Source: Terriglobia bacterium (GTDB taxonomy: Bacteria > Acidobacteriota > Terriglobia > 20CM-2-55-15). From it: 64,000 nt of DNA. The translations under genes were made by a program, and so were the position numbers. The stretch is from contig CAXWPJ010000012.1 of assembly GCA_963664115.2 (NCBI GenBank), positions 1-64,000 of the forward strand. Reading direction: 5' to 3'. A model generated the notes under the pieces. It was given only the letters and a program-made list of their open reading frames with translations, did not search any database and was not told where the DNA came from. This document shows, piece by piece, positions 63,155 through 64,000 of this stretch; position 1 is the stretch's first letter; each line of letters begins with the position of its first letter.

Positions 63155-64000
63155 TCACTTCCACAAGTACTGAAATCGCATATGCGACTCCGCAACCCCT
63201 CTGTTGAAGGGAAGGATGCGCGAAATGTCGCCGGTGAAAACATCGAGCAGTGTTACGCGTTCCTGTCGGAGCTCAATCAAACGTGGCTTCCCTTCGATCC
63301 CGGCAAGCCGTGCCGTCAGATCGATCGCATCCTGCAGGTTCCCAGTTTCATCGATCATGTTCAAGTCTTTAGCCTCTCGACCCGTAAACACTCGCCCATC
63401 CGCAAACTCGCGGACCACGTCGACATCCAGATTGCGGCCCAAAGCCACAGCCTCCACAAACTGGTCGTACATGTCGTCGATCAGCCCCTGGAAATACTCC
63501 CTCTCCGAAGCGGTCAGGTCCCGGGTCGGTGTACCGGTATCTTTAAATTCCCCGCTCTTCAGGATGATGTTGGATACGCGGGCCCATTCCAACAACTCGC
63601 CATAGTTCAACCACTCGGCAATCACGCCGATGCTACCGACAATCGTGCCCGGACTGGCAAGAATCTCGGCGGCGGCGCAGGCAATGTAATAGGCGCCTGA
63701 TGCTCCAACCGAAGACAAGTAGGCAACGACCACCTTTCCTTTATCTTCCCGAAGGCGTCGAACTTCAGCATAAAGTTCTTGAGAAGTTGCAACCCCTCCA
63801 CCCGGCGAATTGATGTTGAGCAGAATGCCCCGGACGGACTCGGAATCTTCATACCGCTTCAACTGATCCAGAAGCATCCGGGAATCGGTCAATTCCCCGT
63901 CTATGTTGACAACCTGAATGCGATCTCCGAAAGCAAACTCGCCGCCGTCGCCCGAACCAATCGTCACGACCAGGGCTGCTACTGTCACCAGGAAAAGCAC
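63155..64000 (-). CDS. sppA: Signal peptide peptidase SppA (5' end outside window)
   Basis: INSPGG, ASGAYY, GSIGVI, KSGEFKD, DGRVFTG. Confidence 0.92.
   Translation of the reverse strand: MLFLVTVAALVVTIGSGDGGEFAFGDRIQVVNIDGELTDSRMLLDQLKRYEDSESVRGILLNINSPGGGVATSQELYAEVRRLREDKGKVVVAYLSSVGASGAYYIACAAAEILASPGTIVGSIGVIAEWLNYGELLEWARVSNIILKSGEFKDTGTPTRDLTASEREYFQGLIDDMYDQFVEAVALGRNLDVDVVREFADGRVFTGREAKDLNMIDETGNLQDAIDLTARLAGIEGKPRLIELRQERVTLLDVFTGDISRILPFNRGVAESHMRFQYLWK

Overview
The window has two parts. The genus is not identifiable, but the gene content (TonB receptor with N-terminal carboxypeptidase-like domain, kinase-TolB fusions, DUF6152/DUF5916/DUF4159-type proteins) suggests Acidobacteriota (inference). 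Positions 1 to ~39,150 form a heavily rearranged accessory region. It holds two inverted copies of an integrase+IS91-like element, IS1380, IS3, IS1182, IS701, two IS30 copies plus a remnant, IS6 remnants and a MITE, two ORF-less group II introns, one intact Ser/Thr kinase-TolB gene plus three 3' remnants, and a TonB receptor flanked by two paralogous beta-propeller genes. Positions ~39,300-64,000 are mostly core genes (ttcA, xseA, fbaB, ndk, sucDC, pyk, ino1, dksA-like, pilT/pilU, HIT, IHF/HU, sppA). Two signals stand out. (1) Both propeller paralogues carry an in-frame TGA at the same position followed by conserved hairpins, and a redoxin has a TGA near its C-terminus with a SECIS-like hairpin, so these are candidate selenoproteins. 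(2) A dispersed 40-bp 17-6-17 dif-like site occurs at least 7 times, follows every kinase gene end, and is the exact target of both IS30 (spacer centre) and the ORF-less introns (one arm). No CRISPR array, rRNA or tRNA was recognised. All analysis was by eye and no database searches were run.
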